This document shows positions 47,011-55,968 of a DNA stretch of 60,063 nucleotides, in pieces. Positions within the stretch are counted from its first letter, which is position 1, and every line of letters begins with the position of its first letter. A program made the translations under genes and the position numbers. Source of the DNA: Candidatus Gottesmanbacteria bacterium (GTDB lineage Bacteria > Patescibacteriota > Microgenomatia > 2-02-FULL-39-11). The notes under the pieces are model-generated. The model ran no database searches, was not told where the DNA came from, and saw nothing but the letters and a program-made list of their open reading frames with translations. The stretch is from assembly GCA_016195685.1 (NCBI GenBank), contig JACPZE010000026.1, forward strand, positions 1 to 60,063. Direction: 5' to 3'.

Positions 47011-48087
47011 ATGAAAAATATATTTTTCACTCCAGGACCGACGCAGTTGTATCCTACCGTCGCCAGGCACCTTCAAAAGGCCATAAAGGAGGATATCGCC
47101 TCTATATCTCATCGAGGAGAGAAATTCCATGAAATTTATGATGATACTCAGAACGCTTTGAGGAAATTGTTAAAAATCCCAAAAGACTTCCAAATTTTCC
47201 TTCTTTCATCCGGCACGGAAGCGATGGAGCGGATTATAGAAAATACAGTTGGAGAAAGTAGTCTTCATCTTGTCGGCGGTGAATTTTCCAAAAGATTTTA
47301 TGAAACAGCGAATTTTCTACACAAAAAAGCCGAAAAAGTCGAGGTTGCCCCCGGGCTAGGATTTGATTTTGGTCAAATTGATATCGGCAGGCAAGTAGAA
47401 TTGGTTTGCTTTACCCATAACGAGACAAGTACAGGTGTAGCATTGCCGATGAATGAAATATATGGGATTAAAAAAAGATTTCCAGACAAACTGATTGCGC
47501 TGGATACCGTATCCTCATCTCCATACGTAGATGTAGATTTTGGATATGTTGATCTGTGTTTCTTTTCCGTACAGAAAGGATTTGGTTTGCCAGCCGGTTT
47601 GGGAATAGTGATAGTAAGCCCGACAGCAATGAAAATAAACGAGAGTCTGGAGCGGAAAAATTATATGGTAGGTACTTATCATAGTTTCGGTGAACTTTTA
47701 AAATATAGCGAGAAATTTGAAACTCCTGAAACGCCGAATGTCTTGGCAATTTATCTATTGGGGAAAGTAGCCCAGGATATGCTCAAAATAGGTATACAAA
47801 AGATAAGAAAGAATACCAAAGAGAAAGCCGATCTTTTGTATAATTTTTTCGAAAAACAAGAAGGATTTAGGCCATTTGTGAAAGAGAAGAAATATCGCTC
47901 AAATACTGTGATCGTAGTGGAGACGGATAATGATTCATCGGTGTTTATAGAAAAGTTGAAAAAGAGAGGGCTGGTAGTAGGGAATGGCTATAAGGATTTT
48001 AAAAACAAGCAGTTGCGTATCGCTAATTTCCCGGCACATTCAACAACTGATGTAAAAAGATTGATAAGAGAAATTAAAAATATATAA
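47011..48087 (+). CDS. serC: class V aminotransferase, probable phosphoserine aminotransferase
   Basis: FFTPGP, HNETSTG, DTVSS, SVQKGFG (PLP Lys), TPETP; lies between serA and serS. Start taken at ATG 47011. Confidence 0.82.
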   Translation: MKNIFFTPGPTQLYPTVARHLQKAIKEDIASISHRGEKFHEIYDDTQNALRKLLKIPKDFQIFLLSSGTEAMERIIENTVGESSLHLVGGEFSKRFYETANFLHKKAEKVEVAPGLGFDFGQIDIGRQVELVCFTHNETSTGVALPMNEIYGIKKRFPDKLIALDTVSSSPYVDVDFGYVDLCFFSVQKGFGLPAGLGIVIVSPTAMKINESLERKNYMVGTYHSFGELLKYSEKFETPETPNVLAIYLLGKVAQDMLKIGIQKIRKNTKEKADLLYNFFEKQEGFRPFVKEKKYRSNTVIVVETDNDSSVFIEKLKKRGLVVGNGYKDFKNKQLRIANFPAHSTTDVKRLIREIKNI

Positions 48088-48094
48088 TAAAACT

Positions 48095-49366
48095 ATGCTA
48101 GATATAAAATTTATACGGGAAAACTTAGAGCTTGTCAAAAAGGCAGCTGAAGATAAAAATCGCGAAGTGGATTGGGAGAAATTATTAGTGCTTGATGAGA
48201 AGAGGCGGAAATTGATTGTTGATATTGAAAGCTTACGCGCACAGCGGAATAAATGGTCAGATCTTAAACCACCAAATTTGAAAACAGGATTGACAGAGGG
48301 AAATAAAATCAGAGAGCAAGGAAAGAAATTAAAAGAGGAGATAAAAAAGTTAGAAGAAGAATTAAGTAGTGTTGAGAAAGAATTTACTACATTGATGCTC
48401 TTAGTACCCAATGTGCCCGATAAGAGCGTTCCAATAGGAAAAGATGCATCAGGAAACAAAGAAGTGAAGCAGTGGGGGGAAGTACCGAAGTTTGATTTCA
48501 AGCCTCTTGATCACATTGAGCTTGGTAAAAAATTGGATCTCATAGATTTTGAGCGAGGAGTGAAAGTGGGAGGATTTCGGACTTATTTTCTGAAAAATGA
48601 GGCAGCGCTTTTGGAAATCGCCGTATTAACATATGCATACCAAAAGTTAGCTAAAAAAGGATACATTCCGCTAGTTGCCCCATCACTAGTTCGTGGATTT
48701 ACTCTTTTTGGCAACGGCCAGTTTCCATGGGGTAGGGAAGAAGTTTATCATCTTGAAAAAGATGATATGTATATTGCAGGTACAGCTGAAGTCCCTGTGA
48801 CTGCTTATTTTGCCAATGAAATTTTAAACGAAAAAGAAATGCCTAAAAAATTTGTGGCATTTTCCCCTTGTTTCAGACGAGAAGCCGGAAGTTACGGGAA
48901 AGATACGAAAGGGCTTTACAGATTACATCAGTTTAACAAAGTAGAGCAGGTGATTATTACCACCAATGATTACGAAAATTCATTAAAACTCCACGAAGAA
49001 TTATTGGAAAACTCTGAAGAAGTTTTGCAGGATCTGAAGCTTCCTCACAGAGTGATGCTGATGTGTACTGGAGATATGGGTGAGCCTCAGGTGAAAAAAT
49101 ATGATGTAGAAACCTGGATGCCGGGAAGAAACGCATATGGTGAGACGATGTCTAATTCTTTCATGGGTGATTTCCAGGCGCGCAGATTAAACATTCGCTA
49201 CAAATCATCAGACGGTACTACTAAAGTTGCTCACACATTAAACAATACCGCCGTCGCCTCACCCCGAATTCTTATTGCCATCCTCGAAAATTATCAGCAA
49301 GCAGACGGCTCGGTAGTAGTGCCGGAAGTTTTACGGGACTTTGTGGGAGAAGAAGTAATAAAATAA
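48095..49366 (+). CDS. serS: seryl-tRNA synthetase
   Basis: MLDIKFIREN, GTAEVP, FRREAGSYG, HQFNKVEQ, HTLNNT. Confidence 0.97.
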   Translation: MLDIKFIRENLELVKKAAEDKNREVDWEKLLVLDEKRRKLIVDIESLRAQRNKWSDLKPPNLKTGLTEGNKIREQGKKLKEEIKKLEEELSSVEKEFTTLMLLVPNVPDKSVPIGKDASGNKEVKQWGEVPKFDFKPLDHIELGKKLDLIDFERGVKVGGFRTYFLKNEAALLEIAVLTYAYQKLAKKGYIPLVAPSLVRGFTLFGNGQFPWGREEVYHLEKDDMYIAGTAEVPVTAYFANEILNEKEMPKKFVAFSPCFRREAGSYGKDTKGLYRLHQFNKVEQVIITTNDYENSLKLHEELLENSEEVLQDLKLPHRVMLMCTGDMGEPQVKKYDVETWMPGRNAYGETMSNSFMGDFQARRLNIRYKSSDGTTKVAHTLNNTAVASPRILIAILENYQQADGSVVVPEVLRDFVGEEVIK

Positions 49367-49419
49367 TTCGAATCAAGCCATAATCAACCCCAGGGGTTAA
49401 AAACTGGCTGCGAGATATT

Positions 49420-50358
49420 TCATACAACAAGTGGAAGACTGGAAGGTCCAGCCGGAAGCACATGGCTGAAAGCCAGTTTTACTGCATGATTTTGCTCCAA
49501 TATCCTTTGCATTCCAGCCGGGTCGTTTAATAAATCGGCTATTGGCTGCATTCGACCGGCTGTGTATACTGTATGCGTTATGGCGTTAATATTATTTACC
49601 AATACTGGGTTTTTTGGGTTTCCACTCCCGTCAGGGGCAAGCGCATCCATCATTACTTCCCAGTCAATTGGAAGCCTGCCGCACATTCCAACCAGTCTTC
49701 CTAAGCCACCTAAAAGTGGATATTCATGTCTTTTCAGGACAATCTCTCTTTCGCCAATGTCCTGCGGGATGCCTGGGAGTTCAAGTCTCGTTTCAGGTTT
49801 AGGAAACAATCCAAACGCCACGATAAGATGAGGTAGACTGTTTCTGTCTTGGGGAGGAAGGTGTGAGATCCTATCTTGAATCAACGCATAAGCATCAGAA
49901 TACGCATCCTGGCTTCCTGCCATTATAGGAACAATGATATTAGAGATATCTCTATATTTTCCGTTTGAACCCATATGCTGCATCGCCTCAGCAGCATTTT
50001 CAAATACCGCATCGCAGACACCAAGATTTTTTGCAGTTTCACGCCGCCAGCCGGATTGTTCTATGCCAATTACAGGAAAACCGTAGTGATTGGCGATAAT
50101 AGCTAGGGGTAAACCGGTTGCGCCAAGACCCATAATAACCATAACGTTTTTATTGCCTTCACCTTTATATCCTCTTTCTTTCAATCCATTTATTATTCTC
50201 CAGAGATTTCCTAGACTTTCACATCTGTTTAGATCGCTAAAATAATTAAGCATCCGTTCATCTTCAACTACATGCCCAATTGCCGATGCTTCAACGTTAG
50301 CTACATTTGATCCGTAGCCGGGTAAGTGATAGGTAAAAATAGTTTCATCATGCGCCAC
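49420..50358 (-). CDS. C-terminal part of a split medium-chain dehydrogenase/reductase
   Basis: Rossmann motif VIMGLGATG, GIEQSGWRRETAKNLG; begins with a GTG 11 nt inside the upstream ORF. Confidence 0.7.
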   Translation of the reverse strand: MAHDETIFTYHLPGYGSNVANVEASAIGHVVEDERMLNYFSDLNRCESLGNLWRIINGLKERGYKGEGNKNVMVIMGLGATGLPLAIIANHYGFPVIGIEQSGWRRETAKNLGVCDAVFENAAEAMQHMGSNGKYRDISNIIVPIMAGSQDAYSDAYALIQDRISHLPPQDRNSLPHLIVAFGLFPKPETRLELPGIPQDIGEREIVLKRHEYPLLGGLGRLVGMCGRLPIDWEVMMDALAPDGSGNPKNPVLVNNINAITHTVYTAGRMQPIADLLNDPAGMQRILEQNHAVKLAFSHVLPAGPSSLPLVV

Positions 50359-50905
50359 GGGCTACTCTGGGTGTGACACCGGCTACAATAGTGTCGCAAC
50401 CAAGTGGAGCACATTGAGCATAGGAATCTGTATGGTATTCCAAATCGCCATCTTTCACTATAAAATGGTTTCCTGAAGCGTGCGAGTCCAAAATTACAAG
50501 TTTTTTATGCAATCTATTGGGAACATCTCCTCCCACACTTACAGCTACGCCATACCCTTCGTGAATAGTAACGACATCAGCAACATCTTCCCGTCTGCCT
50601 GCTTTAAACTCTTGGACTATACTAAGATCAGTATTACATACGCTGTTACCAAGCATAAAAAGAGTGACCTGATTGTCAAAAGGACGGCTAATAAATACCT
50701 GGTTCACAACCATTTGTCTTGGACCAAAACTGCTGAATTTGACAGCAGGGGACATTCCGAGAAATTCTGCGGTTACTAAACTATGTCGGCCTGAAAGATC
50801 AAAATCCGGCTGAGAATTGGCTCTTAAATGAGAAAGAACTTGTTGAACTGTACGGGCCTGTTTCCCGTCAAAAAAAACATCATGAAGTCGATTTGGCAAC
50901 TGCAC
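50348..50905 (-). CDS. N-terminal GroES-like part of the split MDR
   Basis: Catalytic-zinc motifs VCNTDL and HEGYGVAVSVG; ends in tandem TGA TGA. Confidence 0.7.
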   Translation of the reverse strand: MQLPNRLHDVFFDGKQARTVQQVLSHLRANSQPDFDLSGRHSLVTAEFLGMSPAVKFSSFGPRQMVVNQVFISRPFDNQVTLFMLGNSVCNTDLSIVQEFKAGRREDVADVVTIHEGYGVAVSVGGDVPNRLHKKLVILDSHASGNHFIVKDGDLEYHTDSYAQCAPLGCDTIVAGVTPRVARGA

Positions 50906-51061
50906 CCATATTCCAGGTCCAGACCGGTTCTCGGCATAATAGCTGATCTTGCGTGATATGTTCTTGTTTCTGCAATCATCGTCGTTAGCTGATTAGGGCA
51001 AGTATTGTCAGCGCGAATAATATACCCGAATTAGGAGATAAAGTCAAAAAGGTGAAAATCA

Positions 51062-51090
51062 TTGACATCAATGCATCATGATGCTATGAT
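51062..51090 (+). promoter_or_regulatory. vapBC promoter with a palindromic operator
   Basis: TTGACA-17-TATGAT; perfect palindrome GCATCATGATGC at 51073-51084; ATG 8 nt after the -10. Confidence 0.8.
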
Positions 51091-51098
51091 GATGCCAT

Positions 51099-51356
51099 AT
51101 GGACACAATTCGAACCACTATTAGTCTCCCTGTAGATTTACATGAAGAATTAAGACTGCTTTCCATCAAGAAAAAAAAGTCCCTTGGAGATCTTATTGAA
51201 GAGAAATTCAGGGGTAAAAAGAAAAAATCAAAGAAAATAAGTATTTCGGAGCAAATTAAAAAAGATTTTGCACTTTTTGATGCAACCGCCAGGTCATCTG
51301 TAAAATATGATGCTGTCCGCGCTGTAAGAGAGGATAGAGATAGGGATAATGCTTAG
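51099..51356 (+). CDS. VapB-like antitoxin (ribbon-helix-helix N-terminus)
   Basis: RTTISLPVDLHEELR; overlaps the PIN gene. Confidence 0.75.
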   Translation: MDTIRTTISLPVDLHEELRLLSIKKKKSLGDLIEEKFRGKKKKSKKISISEQIKKDFALFDATARSSVKYDAVRAVREDRDRDNA

Positions 51357-51783
51357 AATCATCATAGATGCAAGTGTCGTTTTGAAGTGGATTCCAGGGG
51401 AGGATGAAGAATTGGTTTCGGAGGCAAGACAAATATATGAAATGATGATGGATGATAAGTTGGAAGTTTATGCTCCCACTTTTTTGTTAATTGAGGTACT
51501 AAATATTTTGACTAGGAAAAGAAAAGCAAAATCTTCGTTAGTCAAAAAAGATATTAAACTACTAAGTGGCGGTAAAATAAAACTGGTAGATTTGAATGAT
51601 TATAATTTTAATGGAATAGTAGAATTAATATATAAATACAAGCTGACTGCCTACGACGGGCTTTATTGTTATCTAGCCAAAGTGAAGAACTGTAAACTTC
51701 TAACTGCAGATAAACAACTACTTAAGCTTCACGATTTAACAATTGATATAGGTCGTTTTTTGAAACTAATGAAATCCAATTAG
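51349..51783 (+). CDS. VapC-like PIN-domain toxin
   Basis: IIIDASV, EVLN, YDGLY, LLTAD. Confidence 0.88.
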   Translation: MLRIIIDASVVLKWIPGEDEELVSEARQIYEMMMDDKLEVYAPTFLLIEVLNILTRKRKAKSSLVKKDIKLLSGGKIKLVDLNDYNFNGIVELIYKYKLTAYDGLYCYLAKVKNCKLLTADKQLLKLHDLTIDIGRFLKLMKSN

Positions 51784-51854
51784 ATGAAACCTGAATTTAA
51801 ACCATCTTGACTTTCCCTATAGGATCTTTAATATATGATAAGATGAGAGTGTTT

Positions 51855-51939
51855 GGGCCGCACACGAAAAATATTGAAAATTCGGTGCGGCACAAAGAGC
51901 CGTAATTGTCCCGTTTAACGAGACAAACGAGCTCTTAGC
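51855..51939 (-). repeat. two-hairpin dispersed element (family E), copy 2
   Basis: Reverse-complement homolog of 24393-24478 with compensatory base changes; lies in the 5' UTR of the PP-loop gene. Confidence 0.8.
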
Positions 51940-51944
51940 AAAGC

Positions 51945-53324
51945 ATGAGTTTGAAAAACGGTCATATATACATATATAGGACTATCACTAGAAACGGAAT
52001 CCAAATCGATGTAGGCAGAAAATCATACGATATAAGTTATCCTACTCACATCTGGCAACTGTTCCCCGAAGTTTATCGCCAAACATTTGCTGACTCCCTG
52101 ACTTATTTTATGACTATGCATTTGGCACTTCTAAATAGTCATAAGATAGTTTATGATTTTCCACCACCTCCCACAGAACCGTTTTTCCTAAAGGGTCTTC
52201 TTAATTCTCTTCCAGAGACAGTACTTACAGATGAGAAGAAAACGGTGAAGATGAGTGATTTGGTAAAACTTTTATATAACAGCCAATACCGGACAGAGTT
52301 TGTGGGAAGGCCCAGATATGCCAGGTTTAAAAACGTGAACAGGAATAGTTGGACCCGCTCGATAATCCCTTTTTCCTTCGGTAAAGATTCACTTTTGACT
52401 TTTGCACTCTCACAAGAACTCGGGATAAAGCCTTATCCAGTATTTTTCCGTGAACCGAGACAACCTTTTGAAAATCGGCATAAAACTAGGTTGGCAGAGA
52501 GATTCTTTGATGAGTTTGACGTGGATGTGAACTTTTTCCCGCTCTCTGCCGGATGGCTGAGGCAAGTGGAAGATAAGTATTGGGGATGGGATCTTCTTCT
52601 TACACAATATACATTACTTCTAATCCCTTTTATATTTGGTATGAGGAGTCGTTATCTTTTTTGGGCACATGAACAAAGTTGTAATGAGACATTCATGGAC
52701 AAAGAAGGATTTATCGTAAATCCTGTATATGAACAGAGTGCCAATTGGTTGCTTATGTCCAACGCCACAGCCAGGATGCTCGGATGTAACGCGATATTTG
52801 CCTCACTTATCGAGCCTATTCATGAATTAGCAATTATGAAAATACTACACTCACGTTATCCTGAGATAGGTAAATACCAGTTATCATGTTTCGGAGACGA
52901 AGAAGTCGCCAAAAACAAGCGCTGGTGCGGAATTTGTTCTAAGTGTGCAAGGATGTACATATTCCTTTTAGCATTGGGTATATCTCCCAAGAGAGTGGGT
53001 TTTACTACAAACATGCTTACCCGGAGAAAGAAATATCTTTTTGCCGTATTTCCTGAAAGAAAAAGCAGGATGGACAGTGCTTTTGATCAAAGTAGCGCGG
53101 CTCGTGAGGAACAACTTTTGGCTTTTACCATGGCAACAAGAAGAGGAATGAAAGGAGATCTTATTTCCGAATTTAAGAAACATTATTATAAAGAAGGCAG
53201 AAAAAGGGAAAATAAACTCCGGGAGAAATATTTCGGCATCCATACCTCTAATTCCTTGACATATGAACTGAAGAAGCCCTTACTTTCTATCTTTGAAGAT
53301 GAGCTACGGGGAATGAGGAGGTAG
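51945..53324 (+). CDS. PP-loop (AANH) protein, MurL-like
   Basis: SFGKDS PP-loop, HEQS..VNPVYEQS, SC...WCGICSKC zinc motif. Confidence 0.6.
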   Translation: MSLKNGHIYIYRTITRNGIQIDVGRKSYDISYPTHIWQLFPEVYRQTFADSLTYFMTMHLALLNSHKIVYDFPPPPTEPFFLKGLLNSLPETVLTDEKKTVKMSDLVKLLYNSQYRTEFVGRPRYARFKNVNRNSWTRSIIPFSFGKDSLLTFALSQELGIKPYPVFFREPRQPFENRHKTRLAERFFDEFDVDVNFFPLSAGWLRQVEDKYWGWDLLLTQYTLLLIPFIFGMRSRYLFWAHEQSCNETFMDKEGFIVNPVYEQSANWLLMSNATARMLGCNAIFASLIEPIHELAIMKILHSRYPEIGKYQLSCFGDEEVAKNKRWCGICSKCARMYIFLLALGISPKRVGFTTNMLTRRKKYLFAVFPERKSRMDSAFDQSSAAREEQLLAFTMATRRGMKGDLISEFKKHYYKEGRKRENKLREKYFGIHTSNSLTYELKKPLLSIFEDELRGMRR

Positions 53325-53343
53325 TTAATTCTAGGTAAATCAA

Positions 53344-54840
53344 TCAGACTAAGGTAGGTACAACTCGCATAAAATTTTGTTGGGGATTTTCAATAGTATT
53401 TTTAGAAATCATCTGCTTATAATCTCCAAAGGTTGCTATAAGTTTACTTATAGAAAATCCCGCCGCCGCCGATGGTTCAACACCTTCTGTCACAGCAGTG
53501 TATAAAATCGGATTATTAAATTGTCCTACCAAAGCAAGTACGTTTAAAAGTACAGCACTTAGATCGCTGGCATGCATAAGTGAACCTCGTACAGGATGAC
53601 TTTTCATCGCTTCTTTAGCCTCTTTTTTATCATGAGTTGCATTTTCTCCTGCAAGGTAAGATTGTTCGCCTGTTCTAGTAGTGAAAATTGTTGGAACAAG
53701 GATGGATAATCCAAGCATTGCTGCCGCAGCTAAATCCATACCAGCTTCCTGAAATTTGACCGCAATTGATCCTCCCACTGCAGATGAGACAAGCCCGGTA
53801 CTGATTGCTTTCTTATATTTTCGCATAAGAATACTGCCTAGTTCTTTTAGTTTTTCTGAACGAGGTTGACCTTCTTTTACGTCAACCCAGGCAGCAGAAG
53901 CATTCGTAGCTAAATCTGCAATAACGATAGGAATAACCCTTTTTACTGCTTCCAAAAGCGCATTTCCAGAATTTTCTAACCCTGCCTGGGAAAGAATCAA
54001 AGCAACTCCTGCCGAGATACCAAGAGCTACTGTTGCCATTTGGACATCACCCTTCACCGCCTCTAATGTATGCTGCCATATCGCGTAATACTTTACTAAG
54101 TGCTTATCGATTAGTGAGCTTAACTCGTTATTCAAGGTAGTAGTTTGCTCGTTTGCTTCTGAGGATATAATTCTACATTTTATAAGATGACCAGAACCTG
54201 CTCGTATAAGATTAATATCTTCTTTTATGGTTTCGTCATCCTGTTCTTTTACTAAAACTTCTGGCTGTCCATTTTGTTCATGGTAAATTTCTCTAATCGC
54301 TCTATTTGTGTCTCCTTTATAATAATCGACTACCCGATGAAGAGCATTGAGCATATCTGGTGGCAGACGAGTTTCTTTAAGGAATACAAGATATCCATCT
54401 CTTTTCATAATCTGATGGACGTCATTAATGAGTTTTTCACCTCCAAGTCCTAAAACGATTTGCAACTCAATAGGAAGACTTTTCGCTTTCTCAAAAGAAT
54501 CTATAATAGTGATTTCTGTAGAATCTAATATTTTTTTAGCACCTTCTCCTACCGGAGTGTTATGATTGCGGCTTAGAGTATCAAAGAGATTCAAAAGCCC
54601 TTCTTTTCCTTTTGCCAAATTAAACCAATAATGGTTTTTATCATTTTTAAGAAATTTATCAATACCCTGACAAAATTTTTCACCTTCTTGTTTAGAAAAA
54701 AGTGGTAGATCACAGCATGCCTTAGCGAAACCAGAGATAAGTGGTCGGTTTAATGTAGTCCATCCGAATTCTTTATCTAAAATTTGATTAGAATTCAGAT
54801 CGACTCTAGGTTTTGGTTCTTCGGATGTCATCATATACAC
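53344..54840 (-). CDS. orphan 498-aa protein with a hydrophobic helical C-terminal half
   Basis: Long open frame; no family recognised. Confidence 0.75.
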   Translation of the reverse strand: MYMMTSEEPKPRVDLNSNQILDKEFGWTTLNRPLISGFAKACCDLPLFSKQEGEKFCQGIDKFLKNDKNHYWFNLAKGKEGLLNLFDTLSRNHNTPVGEGAKKILDSTEITIIDSFEKAKSLPIELQIVLGLGGEKLINDVHQIMKRDGYLVFLKETRLPPDMLNALHRVVDYYKGDTNRAIREIYHEQNGQPEVLVKEQDDETIKEDINLIRAGSGHLIKCRIISSEANEQTTTLNNELSSLIDKHLVKYYAIWQHTLEAVKGDVQMATVALGISAGVALILSQAGLENSGNALLEAVKRVIPIVIADLATNASAAWVDVKEGQPRSEKLKELGSILMRKYKKAISTGLVSSAVGGSIAVKFQEAGMDLAAAAMLGLSILVPTIFTTRTGEQSYLAGENATHDKKEAKEAMKSHPVRGSLMHASDLSAVLLNVLALVGQFNNPILYTAVTEGVEPSAAAGFSISKLIATFGDYKQMISKNTIENPQQNFMRVVPTLV

Positions 54841-54903
54841 TTGTATTACAGTAATGGGAAATCTCTACTATTTATATTCCTTTTTATTCTATAATAACAC
54901 CAG

Positions 54904-55968
54904 ATGACATATGATCTTATAATTATCGGTGCTGGTCCCGCAGGGTTAACGGCTTCTATCTACGCTTCTTGTTATCACCTTTTACATATAGTTATTGGTA
55001 GGGAATTAGGAGGACAACTTCAATTGGCTCCAGATATCTTAAATTATCCGGGTTTTGAAAAAATTTCCGGCAAAGAATTGACGGAAAGAATAATAAATCA
55101 ATTAAAAAAACGTGGAGGTGAATTAACTATTGGTTCTGTAGTTAAAATAAAAAGTAATAATGGTTTATTTGAAATAGAAATACAGGAGGGGAATAAATAC
55201 CAAGCAAAAGCCATTATTTTGGCTACAGGTACCGAGAGAAGGAAGCTAAACGTGCCTGGAGAAGGGGAATATACCTCTAAAGGAGTCCATTACTGCGCTA
55301 CGTGTGAAAAGTTTGACTATGAAGGGAAAGTTTGTGGAGTAGTAGGAGGGGCAAATAGTGCCGTACAGGCTGCTGTTGAACTCTCCCAAGCAGCAAGTAA
55401 GGTATACATTATATATAGGGGTACACAGCTTCGGGGAGATGCGGTATGGCTAGAACAGGTGGAGAAACACCCAAATATCGAGGCTATTTATAATACTGTT
55501 GTGACTGAGATTATAGGAGATGGAGAGAAGGTGACGGGAGTAAAAATAAAATCTACATCTGCGGGTCCTGCCGCTCGCGTATCCCAAGGTGACGCTTCAA
55601 GTCGCTCGCCTCAGGCGAGCTCTCCCAACGGTAGCGCATCACTTGGGAGTTCCTCGCTCGCGTCACCCACTGATAACTTGTTACAACTTGATAAGTTATT
55701 TATAGAAATAGGTGGAGTACCGGGGACAGCATTAGTGATACCTTTGGGAGTAGAAGTGGATCCGGGGGGATTTATAATAACTGATCAGAAATTAGCCACG
55801 AATGTGCCAGGAATTTTTGCAGCAGGAGACTTAGTGACTTTTGGTTATAATCTCGAGCAAATCTCATCTGCGGTAGGACTGGGAGCCCGTTCTGCTGCTT
55901 CTGCTTTTGCCTATCTTAAAGGCGACAAAGCCCCAACTGTCTGGGGAGGGAGTCAGATAAAAAGATAA
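54904..55968 (+). CDS. second thioredoxin reductase-like flavoprotein carrying a repeat-derived insertion
   Basis: GAGPAG, CATCE, GGANSA, FAAGD; Ser/Ala/Pro-rich insert SAGPAARVSQGD...SLASP. Confidence 0.9.
   Translation: MTYDLIIIGAGPAGLTASIYASCYHLLHIVIGRELGGQLQLAPDILNYPGFEKISGKELTERIINQLKKRGGELTIGSVVKIKSNNGLFEIEIQEGNKYQAKAIILATGTERRKLNVPGEGEYTSKGVHYCATCEKFDYEGKVCGVVGGANSAVQAAVELSQAASKVYIIYRGTQLRGDAVWLEQVEKHPNIEAIYNTVVTEIIGDGEKVTGVKIKSTSAGPAARVSQGDASSRSPQASSPNGSASLGSSSLASPTDNLLQLDKLFIEIGGVPGTALVIPLGVEVDPGGFIITDQKLATNVPGIFAAGDLVTFGYNLEQISSAVGLGARSAASAFAYLKGDKAPTVWGGSQIKR
55562..55668. repeat. family A element with expanded cargo, in frame inside the second trxB
   Basis: Same arms as 39642 and 43540; 57-nt centre that contains a gctcgc-ctcag-gcgagc hairpin. 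Confidence 0.9.

Noticed and set aside
49366-49400. tRNA fragment (TTCGAATC) and the palindrome AACCCC-A-GGGGTT after serS
   Set aside because: No cloverleaf or T-stem pairing. The palindrome has one copy in the window and a 1-nt centre, so it cannot be called a terminator or repeat.
50345-50350. UGA recoding (genetic code 25 or selenocysteine) joining the two MDR halves
   Set aside because: The downstream half is in a different frame, and many intact genes here end in TGA.
49367-54900. Integrated island with att sites around MDR-VapBC-MurL-orphan
   Set aside because: No integrase, tRNA target or flanking direct repeats seen; only gene content and composition hint at foreign origin.
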